Below are positions 24,301 to 36,300 of a stretch of DNA of 64,000 nt, piece after piece (positions within the stretch are counted from its first letter, which is position 1; every line of letters starts with the position of its first letter). The notes under the pieces are model-generated. The model saw only the letters and a program-made list of their open reading frames with translations, did not search any database and had not been told where the DNA came from. Origin of the DNA: Candidatus Omnitrophota bacterium (GTDB lineage: Bacteria > Omnitrophota > Gorgyraeia > Gygaellales > Profunditerraquicolaceae); the NCBI GenBank assembly GCA_028717245.1, contig JAQUOD010000002.1, forward strand, positions 76,772 through 140,771, in the 5' to 3' direction. The position numbers and the translations under genes are program-made.

Positions 24301-27300
24301 GCTTCCGATAGTTTTAAATCTAAATCCAAGTGGACAGTAGTATACAGCCCGACCGGGCAAGTGGATGAATTCTACACCCCGATGAGCAGCACAGAGACCG
24401 AGCCCAAACATCAGATACCGGCTTTTGGCGGTTTAGGCAGGGCAAGCACGGTAATTGACATTTCCCGCAGCACCTATACCAAAGAGGAGCTGCCTGATCC
24501 TGCTCAAGTGGCATCGCGTGATAAAACCAAATGGACAGTGAAGGATAAGGCAACCGGCGATGTCTCCTCTGTTTTTTATACGGTAAAAATAAACGAGGAG
24601 AGCCTGCTGATAAGAGAAGCCCATTTCATCGGGTGGGGTTACGAAATAAAAGACGGCATAGTTACAAAAATCTTCCAGACTGCCAGCGATATACCTAAAG
24701 ATATTAACCGGCTTGCTGACGGGACTAACATTGATAATGAGAATGAAAATGTCATAGAATACGGGCTTAAAGCAGCGCAATTCAACTACGATAGGGCTGA
24801 GAAAATGAGGGACAATAGTTTAGAGGCAAGAGAGGCGCTGCGCACCTGGGGATACTGGACTGTTAAAGATCCCGCCGCAGATATAAAGGATTTGGAGGAC
24901 CTTATCGTCCTCACTCCTGAAGAGATCCTGGAAGAGATAGAGAACCACAAGGCAAAGCTAACCATAAGCGGGCCGGATGAGAAGAGAAGGTATACGGCTA
25001 ATTATACAGTTGAAGGCAAAGAAGAAAAAGTTTTAATCTTTACCCCCGGCCTCAAAGGCACAGAGCAATATATTGCTGCTTTAGAAGGCAAAGATAATAT
25101 ATTCGGCGGCTATATGGAAGTGGGGATGGACGGACAGAAAACCTGGGTTTATAGCCTACAAGCCAGCCGCGAAAATCATGCTACCTCTAATCCGGTTGAA
25201 ACAACCTTTGATGAGGCCAAGATAACAGGAATCTTTAATAAGGTAGGCGTTCCGGCTGCGCAATACTTAGACCAGTTAAAATACAGCTCTACTAAAGAAA
25301 TTGCGTATTACATTCCATTCAATAACCCCGAGGATAGCTTTGTCCCTCAAGGCAAACCCGAGACTAATACCTATTTTGGCGGGTTATTGATAATGCAGGT
25401 CAGGGACGGCGTAGTAACCTATAATATCTACGACGGCACATTTGACCAATACGGACTGCCGCACATAAGCATCGGTTACGCCGTTGATACGGGAAAAATA
25501 AAGACTAAAACCATTATTACGGGCGTTGATGTTGAGAATAAAACTGTCAGCAAAGATGTTATTTATTATAACTCTGCCGAGCAGGAAGGCCGGACCGAAC
25601 AGCAAACCTTTGATGTTAAAGGCAGGATTCTAAACCAGCTTTATGGAGAAAACGGAGTTCGATACGGCTATGCGGGCACAGCCGGTGAATACGGCCAGCC
25701 GAGCACAATTACTACTTATCGAATTTTTAATGGAGGAGAAATCCCTATCCCTATTCAGGAAGGCGGACTTGTTGGCGCAGACGGACAGATTAATACAAAC
25801 GGCACAACCCTTGCTGATTTAAAAGCCCTTATCACATCCGGTGAGCTTGCAAAGAGGGGGTTCGTCTTTACGGATGAACAGAAGAAATACTTCCTTGAGG
25901 CTACCGGCTCCGAGCTCTTCTGGATTTATCAGTTTAATGCCGCAACCACCAGCAAAGATTTCTTGAGGCTTGAGATTTTTGACGGTTCTGCTTCTGTGCC
26001 CGTGGCCATACTGAGCGATGTAGAAACATCCGTCAGGAAGATAGAAAAAATTAACGGCGAAGACACGATAATAACCCATTGGAACTGGGATCTGGCGCAT
26101 AACGTAAGCTTTAAGGGCGAAGGAAGAGGCTCTTCTGTTTCCGAGCTTGAAAGTTTAGGCCTTACGCCTCCTCAAATAGAGCGTTTTAATGAAACATACG
26201 GCTTAAGTAATATATGGGTAGATACTATCACGAGTATGGATATAAAAACAAACCCCGTCATCAAATACGACATCTATGATTATGCGCATTCTAACCCCAT
26301 TGTGGTTATTTATAGGGAATATGCTGTTTCCGGCTCAGTTATTTCTAACGCCTACGTTATTTTCAATATTTATAATCCGGAATCCCAGGTCATTAGGGAG
26401 TCCACTTATTACGATATTAAGACAAACAAGAAATTATTATCCGATGTGCTTGGCGAAGAAATTACCCCTGATAAATTAACTAAAATTCTAGAGGATAACA
26501 AAGTGGATTTATCAGAGGCAAGAGAGGATAATTTTGCCGATAAACTTGGCAAGCCGGGAGAGCTTAGTAATCTCATCACTTATTTAGACAAGCTACCCTT
26601 ACGTGTTTACAATAGGACCGTATACCAAAATGATAATGAATTTACGACCATACTCGTATATGACGGCATCCAAAAAGAGCCGCGCCTATTTATCGGGTCC
26701 GATAATGTAGAAATCACCTATCCTAAAGGAGTATACCAAGTCCCCGCCAGCGCTGTCGGGCTGGATATAGCGCGGTATTTCTCGGGAAACTATACAGTTC
26801 ATTCTGACATGCCGTATGTAACCTTGGATAAGGGAAAACTTTTCATGGGAAGTAAGCCTTTTGAGATTAGGGCTATTACCTTATCTGCTGTTCCGGTGGG
26901 CGGAGAACGCGTGAATTTCGTATTCGATCTTTATCGCGATGAAGATAGGGTAGCTGTTGAGGCCTGGAAAAACGATAATGCGGATAAGCTGACAGAAGCT
27001 AATATAGGTAAATTTTATACCGAAGCATCCAATATAAAAGGGAAATATTATGCTACTATTCCCGCTAACTACAACGGGCTAAACAACAGGGAGATATTTG
27101 CGATAATCAGTAAAGATAAAAATACAAACGCTATTTCCGTTGAATATAATAACGGGACAATAAAAGAAGTTTGGATTGCAGGGCTTAAAGGTAAAGGGAT
27201 AAATACAGTAAGGACTTATGTCGTGGCTAGTGAAGACTTATTGGCCGCTTTTAGAAAGTATGGTATCAGTGTAATTCAGGGGATACCTTATTTTGACGAC

Positions 27301-30300
27301 AGGCAGCCCGGCACTCCGATTTTTGACGCCAATGGAAAACTTTTGAACCCTATCGCCGGCCCGGATATCAAGACCGGAACTTACATACCATATATTGAGG
27401 CCCATAAAGACAACCCGAACACACCAGAAAAAGAATACCCGGAGATTATAGGAGATGAATATGGCAATGAATATAATTACCATCCCGAATATTTTGCCGC
27501 AGATGCTGAGGAGGCCTCAAAAGCGTCCGGCGTAAAAATAAAGCCGCTTGATTTTTATTATCAAGCATTAGAGAAAGCAGCCCAAATAACCCACCAAAAA
27601 GACCCTAATCGCCTGGTTTTCTCAACCTACGGGTATGACGGAGTCCCTTCCACTAAAGATGATTTTGGCTTGGTAACCAGGCAAGTTCCGTCAGTAAATA
27701 TCTGGGGCTTGAACGTTTATCACTGGGATAATCCTTCAGGGGCCGTAGAAGAAGCAATAGCGGCTTCTGGTAAACCCATATATATCTCTGAAACAGGCGC
27801 TGATTCCTGGAATCAATACACAGGCAAGGAAGATTTGGCAGCGCAAGCCAGGGCAGTAGAAAATATATGGAAATCTTTATTGGATGATTTGGATGATGAG
27901 GATAACTTGAAGAAGAATGTCTTAGGCGCAGCATTTATGACTGCTTTTGATGAATTCTGGAAAGGTGGCGCCCCTGACAGGCAGACCACAGCAGGCGCTG
28001 TTTTTGATGTTTACCCCGATACATTTGGTAATGAGGCGCACTTTGGATGGTGGAGGGCTGACGGCACGCCTAAACAAGAAGTAATCGATGCTGTTACGAG
28101 GATGTGGGCAAATAGATCCAAAGGGTATGTTCCTACCGTAGCTATAGATGCTAATAGCCAACGCGCCCCTCCGGAGGAGATTTCACCCGAATATCTTAAG
28201 CCGCAAGATAACGAAACTCCAACCTTAAGCCCATCCGCAGTATTAACTTATTATAAAAACCCTCAGCCATTACCCGCGTTCCAGCCATCATTAGGCGTTA
28301 TTACATATATGTTAGGCGAGAGCCCTGATTGGGAGAATATCCAAATCTTTGACCCTCTGACCGATACGCTTACTTCATTTCCGCTCGCCGGGCTTAAACT
28401 CACAAAGTTTGGCACTTACACTCAAGATGGGCAGTTAGTTAACTTTACTTATCGCGAACCCCTCGATGCCTTTGGCAGGGTTAGGATTAGCGCTTCGCTT
28501 GACCTCAAGGACGTATACCTGATTACCAAATTCCAGGATGTGAATGTATATCAGCCGGAAGAAGCAAGGCTTCTTCAGCTGCTGGATAAAGAGGGCGTAA
28601 AACTTCTTAATCTGCCGGATGAAAAGGAAAAAGAGCTCCTCCAATTATTAGATGAAAATAAGCAAGTATATATAATAGCAAAGAGAATGGATTCTAAGGA
28701 ATCAGCCAAAGTAACTGATATATATAATTTCAGCGATGCGCAAAAAGCAGATATCAAAGGCGTAATAGCGCAGATAAAGAATAAGCCCGTAGAATCTTTA
28801 ACTGAAAATGACTTAACTCTGGTTAAGACAGAATCCAATATTGACGGTGAGATTTTCTATGAATACGCTGTCCCCGGAGATACGCTGGGAGGTTCAGTTA
28901 TTATTGACCGCGCCAACACCATATTTATCACTAAGCAATTTATCAGCTTAACCAGGATTCCTTACGAAGGGTATTTTATTGATAAAGCACCCGGCGGCGA
29001 GCCCATCTTAGAGCTTAAGAATACGGATGATAAGGATGTAGAACACGGCTTGGGTATGGATGATGAACAGCGCTTCTACAGGGTAAGATACACTAACCTG
29101 AAGACAGGCAAGGTTTGGTATCGTTGGCAGTATCCTTCTCATATTTGGGGCGGCTATGCCTATGAAGAAACAGGCCGTTTTGTGGAATTAGAGCAGGCAT
29201 ATTCTTACGTAGATAATTTAGGCCAGACAGTCGATGTAACCCAGAGATGGGTTCCCGAAACCCGCACCTGGGTAGATGAGTGGTCTACTATTAAGGATGA
29301 ACCTGCCAAGACAAGATTTGTCTATGTAGTAAATGGCCGCGAGCTGCCCGCGGATAATATCCAGACCGATGGCGTAAAACTTATGAAAGATATAATTACT
29401 CGCGATATGGAAGATGCCTACAGGAAGGAATCTAATAATAGAGATTTATGGGAAGATATGAAGTTGAGTGCAATAGGAGAAATAGACCAGGCCCAGCGAG
29501 ATGCTCTGGGAGATTGGGAAAAGGATAATTCTAATGTCTTTACTTCCGTAAACCTTGGCAAAATCTATAATATTCCGGATAATTATAAGAATCGCGGCAA
29601 TAAAGCCTTCCAGATAATCATTGGAATTACACCCGATACAAAGCTTACGCAGGTAAAGAAGACCCCAATTTTATGGCAGGGGAGCACAGATACGGAAATC
29701 CAAGCCACAGAAAAAACCGGCCCAGTTTCTTACTTCTACACCTTACCCAGCGACCCGTTAGGCAGGGGATTATTGATAGTTGTTCCTACTGGTGAGAATA
29801 CTTCAAAGATTATCCTTAATATGTGGTGGGTTAAGAATTCTGCGCCTTTAACTGTCTTGTCAAAGAGTATAACCTTAAAGCCGGGAGGCATAGAAATAGC
29901 AACTTTTGAAAGCAAGGTAATCCTGAATGGAAACGAAGTTTATAAATATTCCATCAAAAATGGCAATTATAAACTTGCCGAATATTATATTCCTACACGC
30001 ATGGACGTACCTTATGCTGAAGAATGGCAAATCAAGCACGGTCCCCTGGATTTTTTATTGGGTATACCCGATACCAAAATTATTTATTTTGATACAAAAG
30101 TTCCTTATCCCTCGCCTGTTTACTCAAAGGCAGACAATAGAGTAGAAGATATAGAAAAACTGCAGAAGATTATTTTCCTTGAAGATGGGTCACAAATACA
30201 GGTTTTTGATTCCGAAAATCTCTGGCCAAGTTGGGTAGTCGGAGACAATAAATGGGAAGAAAAAATAATTGTATACGATAAATACGGAAGAACAGGGACC

Positions 30301-33300
30301 TTAAGTCCTGAAGCGGAGAAGAAATTAGTTAAAAAACCTGTGGCTTCGGGCAATAATGCGCCCTTACCATTCCTTTCCAATGGATTAACATTGGGAATAA
30401 TCTGGGGAGCGCTTTTTGTGATTTTGACTATAATTGCCCCTTCCTTTTATTTTGTTCATCTCTACAAAAGATACAAAGAGAGAAGGAAGAGAAGTGGATT
30501 GAAGAAATTCACTGATGATATTTCGAAAAAAGCCTATGAACGGTTGCAGAGCAAAGTATTAGGCGTTGGAAAGGCTTCTATGCCTGGTGGCGCTCTTGCT
30601 GATAATGTCCTCGCAGGTAAAGGTGAATTTGAAATAGCTTTTCATCCCGAGATAGTTCACCTTTATAGTTATGTTTATGAGTTTTTGGCAAATAATTACA
30701 TACGTGAAGATAGCCCGGAGGGGAGAGAAATATTAGAGAAATTAGATACGTTTATAAAAGGCCTGGCAAAATATTACGCTTCTGAAATAGCAAGGGGTGC
30801 CATAGAGATACAGCCAAGCGGTAAAGATGAATGGAAAGTAAAGATTGTTGGTTTACCTAACGTAGAAGCCTCTCCAAAGTATTCTCTAATTGGTCCGGCT
30901 GATGCAGAAATAAACGATAAAGTAAAATATTATATCTCTAAATTTATAAAAGGATTGGAAGGCAACTTAGATAATAGGGATAAGTTTATAAAAATTATTA
31001 AAGAAGATTTTGCAAAAGACGGTTTTGAATTTAAACATTTTAAAGAAACGCTCCGAAAAGACGGATTTACATATTTACCTATTAGAGAGGAGATAATAGA
31101 GGAGTTAGGATTAGATGTGGGAGAAGCAGGGAGGGGTGCATTAAGAGGAGACATCGGGCTTGATGAAGTAAGTAGAGCGAGTGGAGATCCCGCAAGAAAG
31201 GAAATAATTGAGAGAAAATTGCTAGAGGCCGGCATATTGAAAAAGATAGACAAAGAAAAGATGAAAGAAGTATTGAAAAAGTTAGCCGGTGAATACAGCG
31301 CTTTAACTTTAATGGGCATATATAATCCTAAAATAAAGAAATATTTTATTGACGCCCCCTCGAATGTACGCCTTGCCTGTATATTATCCCCGATAATAGG
31401 AATTGCATCTTATCTTCTCTTACATGTATTGGGTGTACCCATACCCCTATTCGTTTATCTTGTAGCTGCATTTGGAGTCTATCCTATTCTTTTGAATATT
31501 GTTATGGCTATAGGGTTGTATATAATCACAAGGTCTCCCAAGGCAACATTTTTAAGTCTATTTCCTGTATCCTTAAGAAGATTTTCTGGTATTGCTAAAG
31601 GAACTAAGGCTCTGCATCCGTTTGCAACGGAAATAGTTGCTTATTTACCCCATTTTGTAGGCACAGGTATTCTTATTTCCTGGATATTCAGCGGATATAA
31701 TATATCCAGCCTGGCATTCTTGCCTCCCATTTTATCTTCTCTTCCTCTTACAGCGGTAACTATAGGAATTTCTGCAATTCTTTTGTTCAGCATAGTATTT
31801 GGAATTACGAAGTTTCACAGCGGGCGTTATTTCGGTATAATAGAAATGATTATACGCAGCGTTTTCAGCTTTAGTTTTCTTGCCTTAGGCGTTCTCATCT
31901 TACTTTCTCCTGTTTCTTTAACCGGTCAGTGGTTCTTAAGGAATATTGTTGGTATTCTTTTCTTGGTTGAAGCTTGGGGATGGGCCGCCTGGAGCCAATC
32001 TTTAATAGGCCTATCGCTATATTATCATTTTAGGCCAACAACAGGTTTCGGAAGGCTAAGAACAGTGATTTTGGTCTCTCTGCAGATAGTTTTATTCTAC
32101 GCCCTTAGCCTCTGGATGTCAGGTTTTACCGCGTCTTATTTTATCGGGCATATCCAGGCAGGCATATTCTTCAGAGCCACATTGGCGCAATTAGTCCTTT
32201 TCAATACCGCTTATCTTATGTATTCCGGAATCTGGTTTTTATTACAATCCCTGGCTTCTGTAATAAGACCTACAAGGGGTCCTGCAAAGATTGATCCTGC
32301 CGAGATAGAAAAATTTAAAGCAAGCGGCGATTATATTTTGACTAACTATGTCGGTCCCTTTTTCCATGGCGCGAGGAGAGCAAGTGATATCGAAGACGCC
32401 CCTGATGGTAAGAAAGGTAAACTAACTGAGACAATGGATGCCTTAAATTGGTTAATAGACAATAGGGTTCCTACTATTCTTGAGTTGGTTAAGGAAGTGA
32501 AGAGTAAGTGTGGGCCGTCATTCACTGATGAAGAAGCGAAAGAAAAAATAAAAGAATTACTCCACAGCCTCCTTACGAAATATATTCCAATCTGGAGGGT
32601 TATGGCAAAAGTAGCTGATAAGACATTAACTTCGGATGAAGAGTTGGCCTTAAGAATTTATCGAGAAATAGTGATGAAAACAGGAATAGATAACACTGAT
32701 ACCGCTCTTAATATATTAGAAAAGGCGCTTGTTTTAAGAGAAGCAGGCTTTGGCAAAAATCTTTTATTAGTACTTACTGATAACAAATTTGATTTGCATC
32801 AGGATCTTCCTGAAGATTTAAAGGTAAGAGGACCCTTTCAGGCATGCAAAGAATATTGTGAGCTTTTCGAAAGAATTTCTGGCGGTAAAGCATATTATAC
32901 CTATATCGGGACTCCTTTCACTTTTAAGTCCTTGGCAATGAATGGTATATTTACTCTCCCTTATGATATTATCACTAAGATTAAATATCTCCACATCATA
33001 GATAGAAATGCCAACAATCTAAATTTGGATTTGTTTGTGAAAGACATTAAAAGATTAATCTCCAATAATATCGTTGGTATGGTTGGTTATCGAGATACTA
33101 CGAGTTACGTGATGCCCGCAGGAGACGGTTCCCGCTTGGTAGAGCAAGGCCACGGGAATTCTTTATTGGGCTGGAATGACTTTACTGCTACGGGTTGGGA
33201 GAATAATCAGCGTGTATTTTTAGGAGATATTTTAACCACGCCTTCCAATGGTTCCTCCTTATATCCTTTAATTCCTTTTAACTGTAACGCTCCTTACGCA

Positions 33301-36300
33301 TCTGAAGATATTGCCGCTCTATGGGAGGCAGCCTCTAATGCTATTGCGTTGGATGAAGAGCCGCGACCGGCCTTAACCGAGTCCACAGGGCATAAATTCA
33401 GGGAGAGTTTTAGCACGGCCGAATGGGATAAGGCTCCCCCGCGCTGGTCAGGCCGGATAAACCAAATCTTGGAAAGTTACTATATGCAAAGAATATCTGA
33501 TTTTGGGCCATTGCCTCTCTCTGAAAGGTTGGCAATTAGAAATGAAAGGAGATTTTATGTCAGTAACCCATTTGGGCTTATAAACATATTAATTATTCCT
33601 TTAGCAATTATCTTTGATTTTATGCCTTTTGTTGGCCTATCGGCCCTTTTCTTAGTTACAGGTATTTTATTTAATCAAATCTTAACCTTCAACGGGCTTT
33701 TTAACACCTGTAGATCCACGGGATTTTCTAAAATAAGAGCTTTTTTTGGCGTAGCTTTTGGGTTGATGGCGGGATGGTTCATTTTTCAGTTGCCATTAAT
33801 AGGATGGCCGTTCTCTTTACTTACCTTTGGCGTAATAGGATTCTTCTTAGGGGGATGGCTTATCGGATTTTCTATATGGTTATCTCAAAGAATAAGGGAT
33901 ATCTTCCTTTTTGCCACTCGCTATGGGATTGAGGTTGTCTCCCAAGTTTTAAGTTATAAGGGTTCGGACTTCCAATTTATAACTTCTAAAGCAGCTAACT
34001 ATACTAACTATAGATTATGGGAAAAGGTCCAAACAGTGAAGCCTCTAACAACCTATTTAATCTGCTATGCCCTTGGTATCACCTTCACTCTATTAAACTT
34101 CCTTGCTTTGAGTTTAGGCATGGATTTAACCAATGTTTTAGCTTTGTTTATCTCCCTTGTTTTCACCACTTCTTTATTCGCCGGCGGGTTTTTAATGGAG
34201 AATAAACCGGGTAAGAGTGGGTGGAAGGACGGTTGGGGTTGGTTAGATGCCTTGGGGAAATACGTAGGAATAATTGTTGCTATAGGAATAATGATTGCAA
34301 GTTATTTCCTTAAAGAAGCGAAGATTATCCCCTCATTTTCAGTCTTTACGGGAACATTTTTCGTCTTTATAGGGACATTAGGCATAGTGGGCATCTTTAT
34401 TGCTTTAAGATGTTGCTTAGTCAATTTGGTGGAGTCCAAGCACATTCAAAACCACCGCACTTCCCAACGAATCCTCTGGAATATAGTAAATTATGCCTTG
34501 ATGACGTTTATATGCCTGATTTGGTTTATGGCTATTCCTACCCCGGATTACTTTACCCTGATTTTACCAAGCGGCTCTGTTTGGGAAGTTCCTTTTATAA
34601 CTGTAATCCAGTATATAGGAGGCGTTATCGGGGTCATCATTCTTTTAAAGATTGCAGAGTATATTGTTTCAAGGTGGGAATTTGCTCAAATTCAAAAAGA
34701 ATTAGCAGAAATAAAGAGAAATATGCCTCCTTCCTTGATGCCAGTAATTCAACCATTGCTTTGCCAAATAGATATTTTCCTTGATAAGAAAGGTTTTGGC
34801 GATGCCAGGAGGACAATGAATACGATATATGTTATCTTTGACTCTATGGTCGATGCGTTCGTCAGCTTAATTCCAGATAATCAGAAGAATTCGCCACGAA
34901 TTCTTGAATTACGCAATAAAGGGATAACAAGAAAGCAGGCTCATATCGTCAAAGGGTTTCATATTTATATATTGTCTAATGAATTGATACAAGGCGTACC
35001 TGAAAATGTACAAGGATTGGTTAAGAAAATTATTGCTGATTTGGGCACGGAAAGAGAAGACTTGAAGAATCTGTTGTTAGCTACTCAGGATGAAGCGCAG
35101 ATAATACAAAAGATTTCCCATATAGAATTACTTATTAATATATTGAACGCTGCTGTGGCAGTGCATAGGTTACTTTTTGGTTTGCCGTTTGAGGTAAATA
35201 ATCAAGCTAATACAGTCATTACAGACTTAAACACTGCGCTCGAAAGGTTAAAAACCGAAAGAGGCCCGGATAATACAAAAGCAATTATAAAACAAATAGA
35301 TTTTCTTAAAGAAATATTGGATGTTTTTGTCCAAACGCTAAAATTTGTTACCGGGCTTACAACTGGAACACGGGCTCAAGGAAACGACGTTATTCAGAAC
35401 CTAAGAGATCTACTTAGTCGCTTAAATACCGAACGTAATCCGGATAATATTAAAGCCATTAAGGGCCAAATAGAATTTCTCAAAGATATTCTGACTACCT
35501 TTGATAATGTAAATAAAGCTATAGCTGGCCTTTCTCCTGAAATACGAAAGGAGGCCGATAAATTCATTAATGAACAACTTATGCCTACCCTCAGCCAGCT
35601 CAATAGCGAAAGGAATTCAGACAGAGTCACAGCGATTAGGAAGATGATAACAGATGATTTACTTAAAACACTTTCTGATTACTTTGTCCAGGCTAATAAA
35701 CTAATAAATAGTCTTCCCGTAGAAACTAGAAACAACCTAGCGCGTGTTATCGAAGACCTTAATAATACGCTTAATCAATTAAACTTAGAGAGGAATTCAG
35801 ATCGAGTAAAAGCTATTAAACAACAAATAGTGTTGCTCATGGATATTTTAAATGCAGTTGTTAATACCCCAGAATTTCTCCAGAGAATTAGATTTGGATT
35901 CATATGTACTGTAGCGAGTCAAATTATCACTGAACTCGAGACCACATATAAGCAGTTGAATGCTGAAAGCGACCCGGATAAGATACCTAAAATATCAAGA
36001 CGGATTTATTTCCTTAGAAGCCTATTAGATACTATTCTCTCTGCCCGCGAATTCATTGCAGAGCTACCGGAAGGTGTAAGAAACCAAGGAACTGACGTCA
36101 TCAATGACCTTAACAGTCAGCTTAGCAGTTTAAATACCGAAAGGGACAAGGATAAGGTTAAAAATATTAAGAGCAATATAGATTTATTGAAAGACATTTT
36201 AAATACTTTTACTTCTACTCACCAGTTATTAGCTACGTTGCCAAGAAGCGTAAGGAGGCAGGCAACGCAAGTTATTGCTGACCTGAATACCCAGCTTGAC

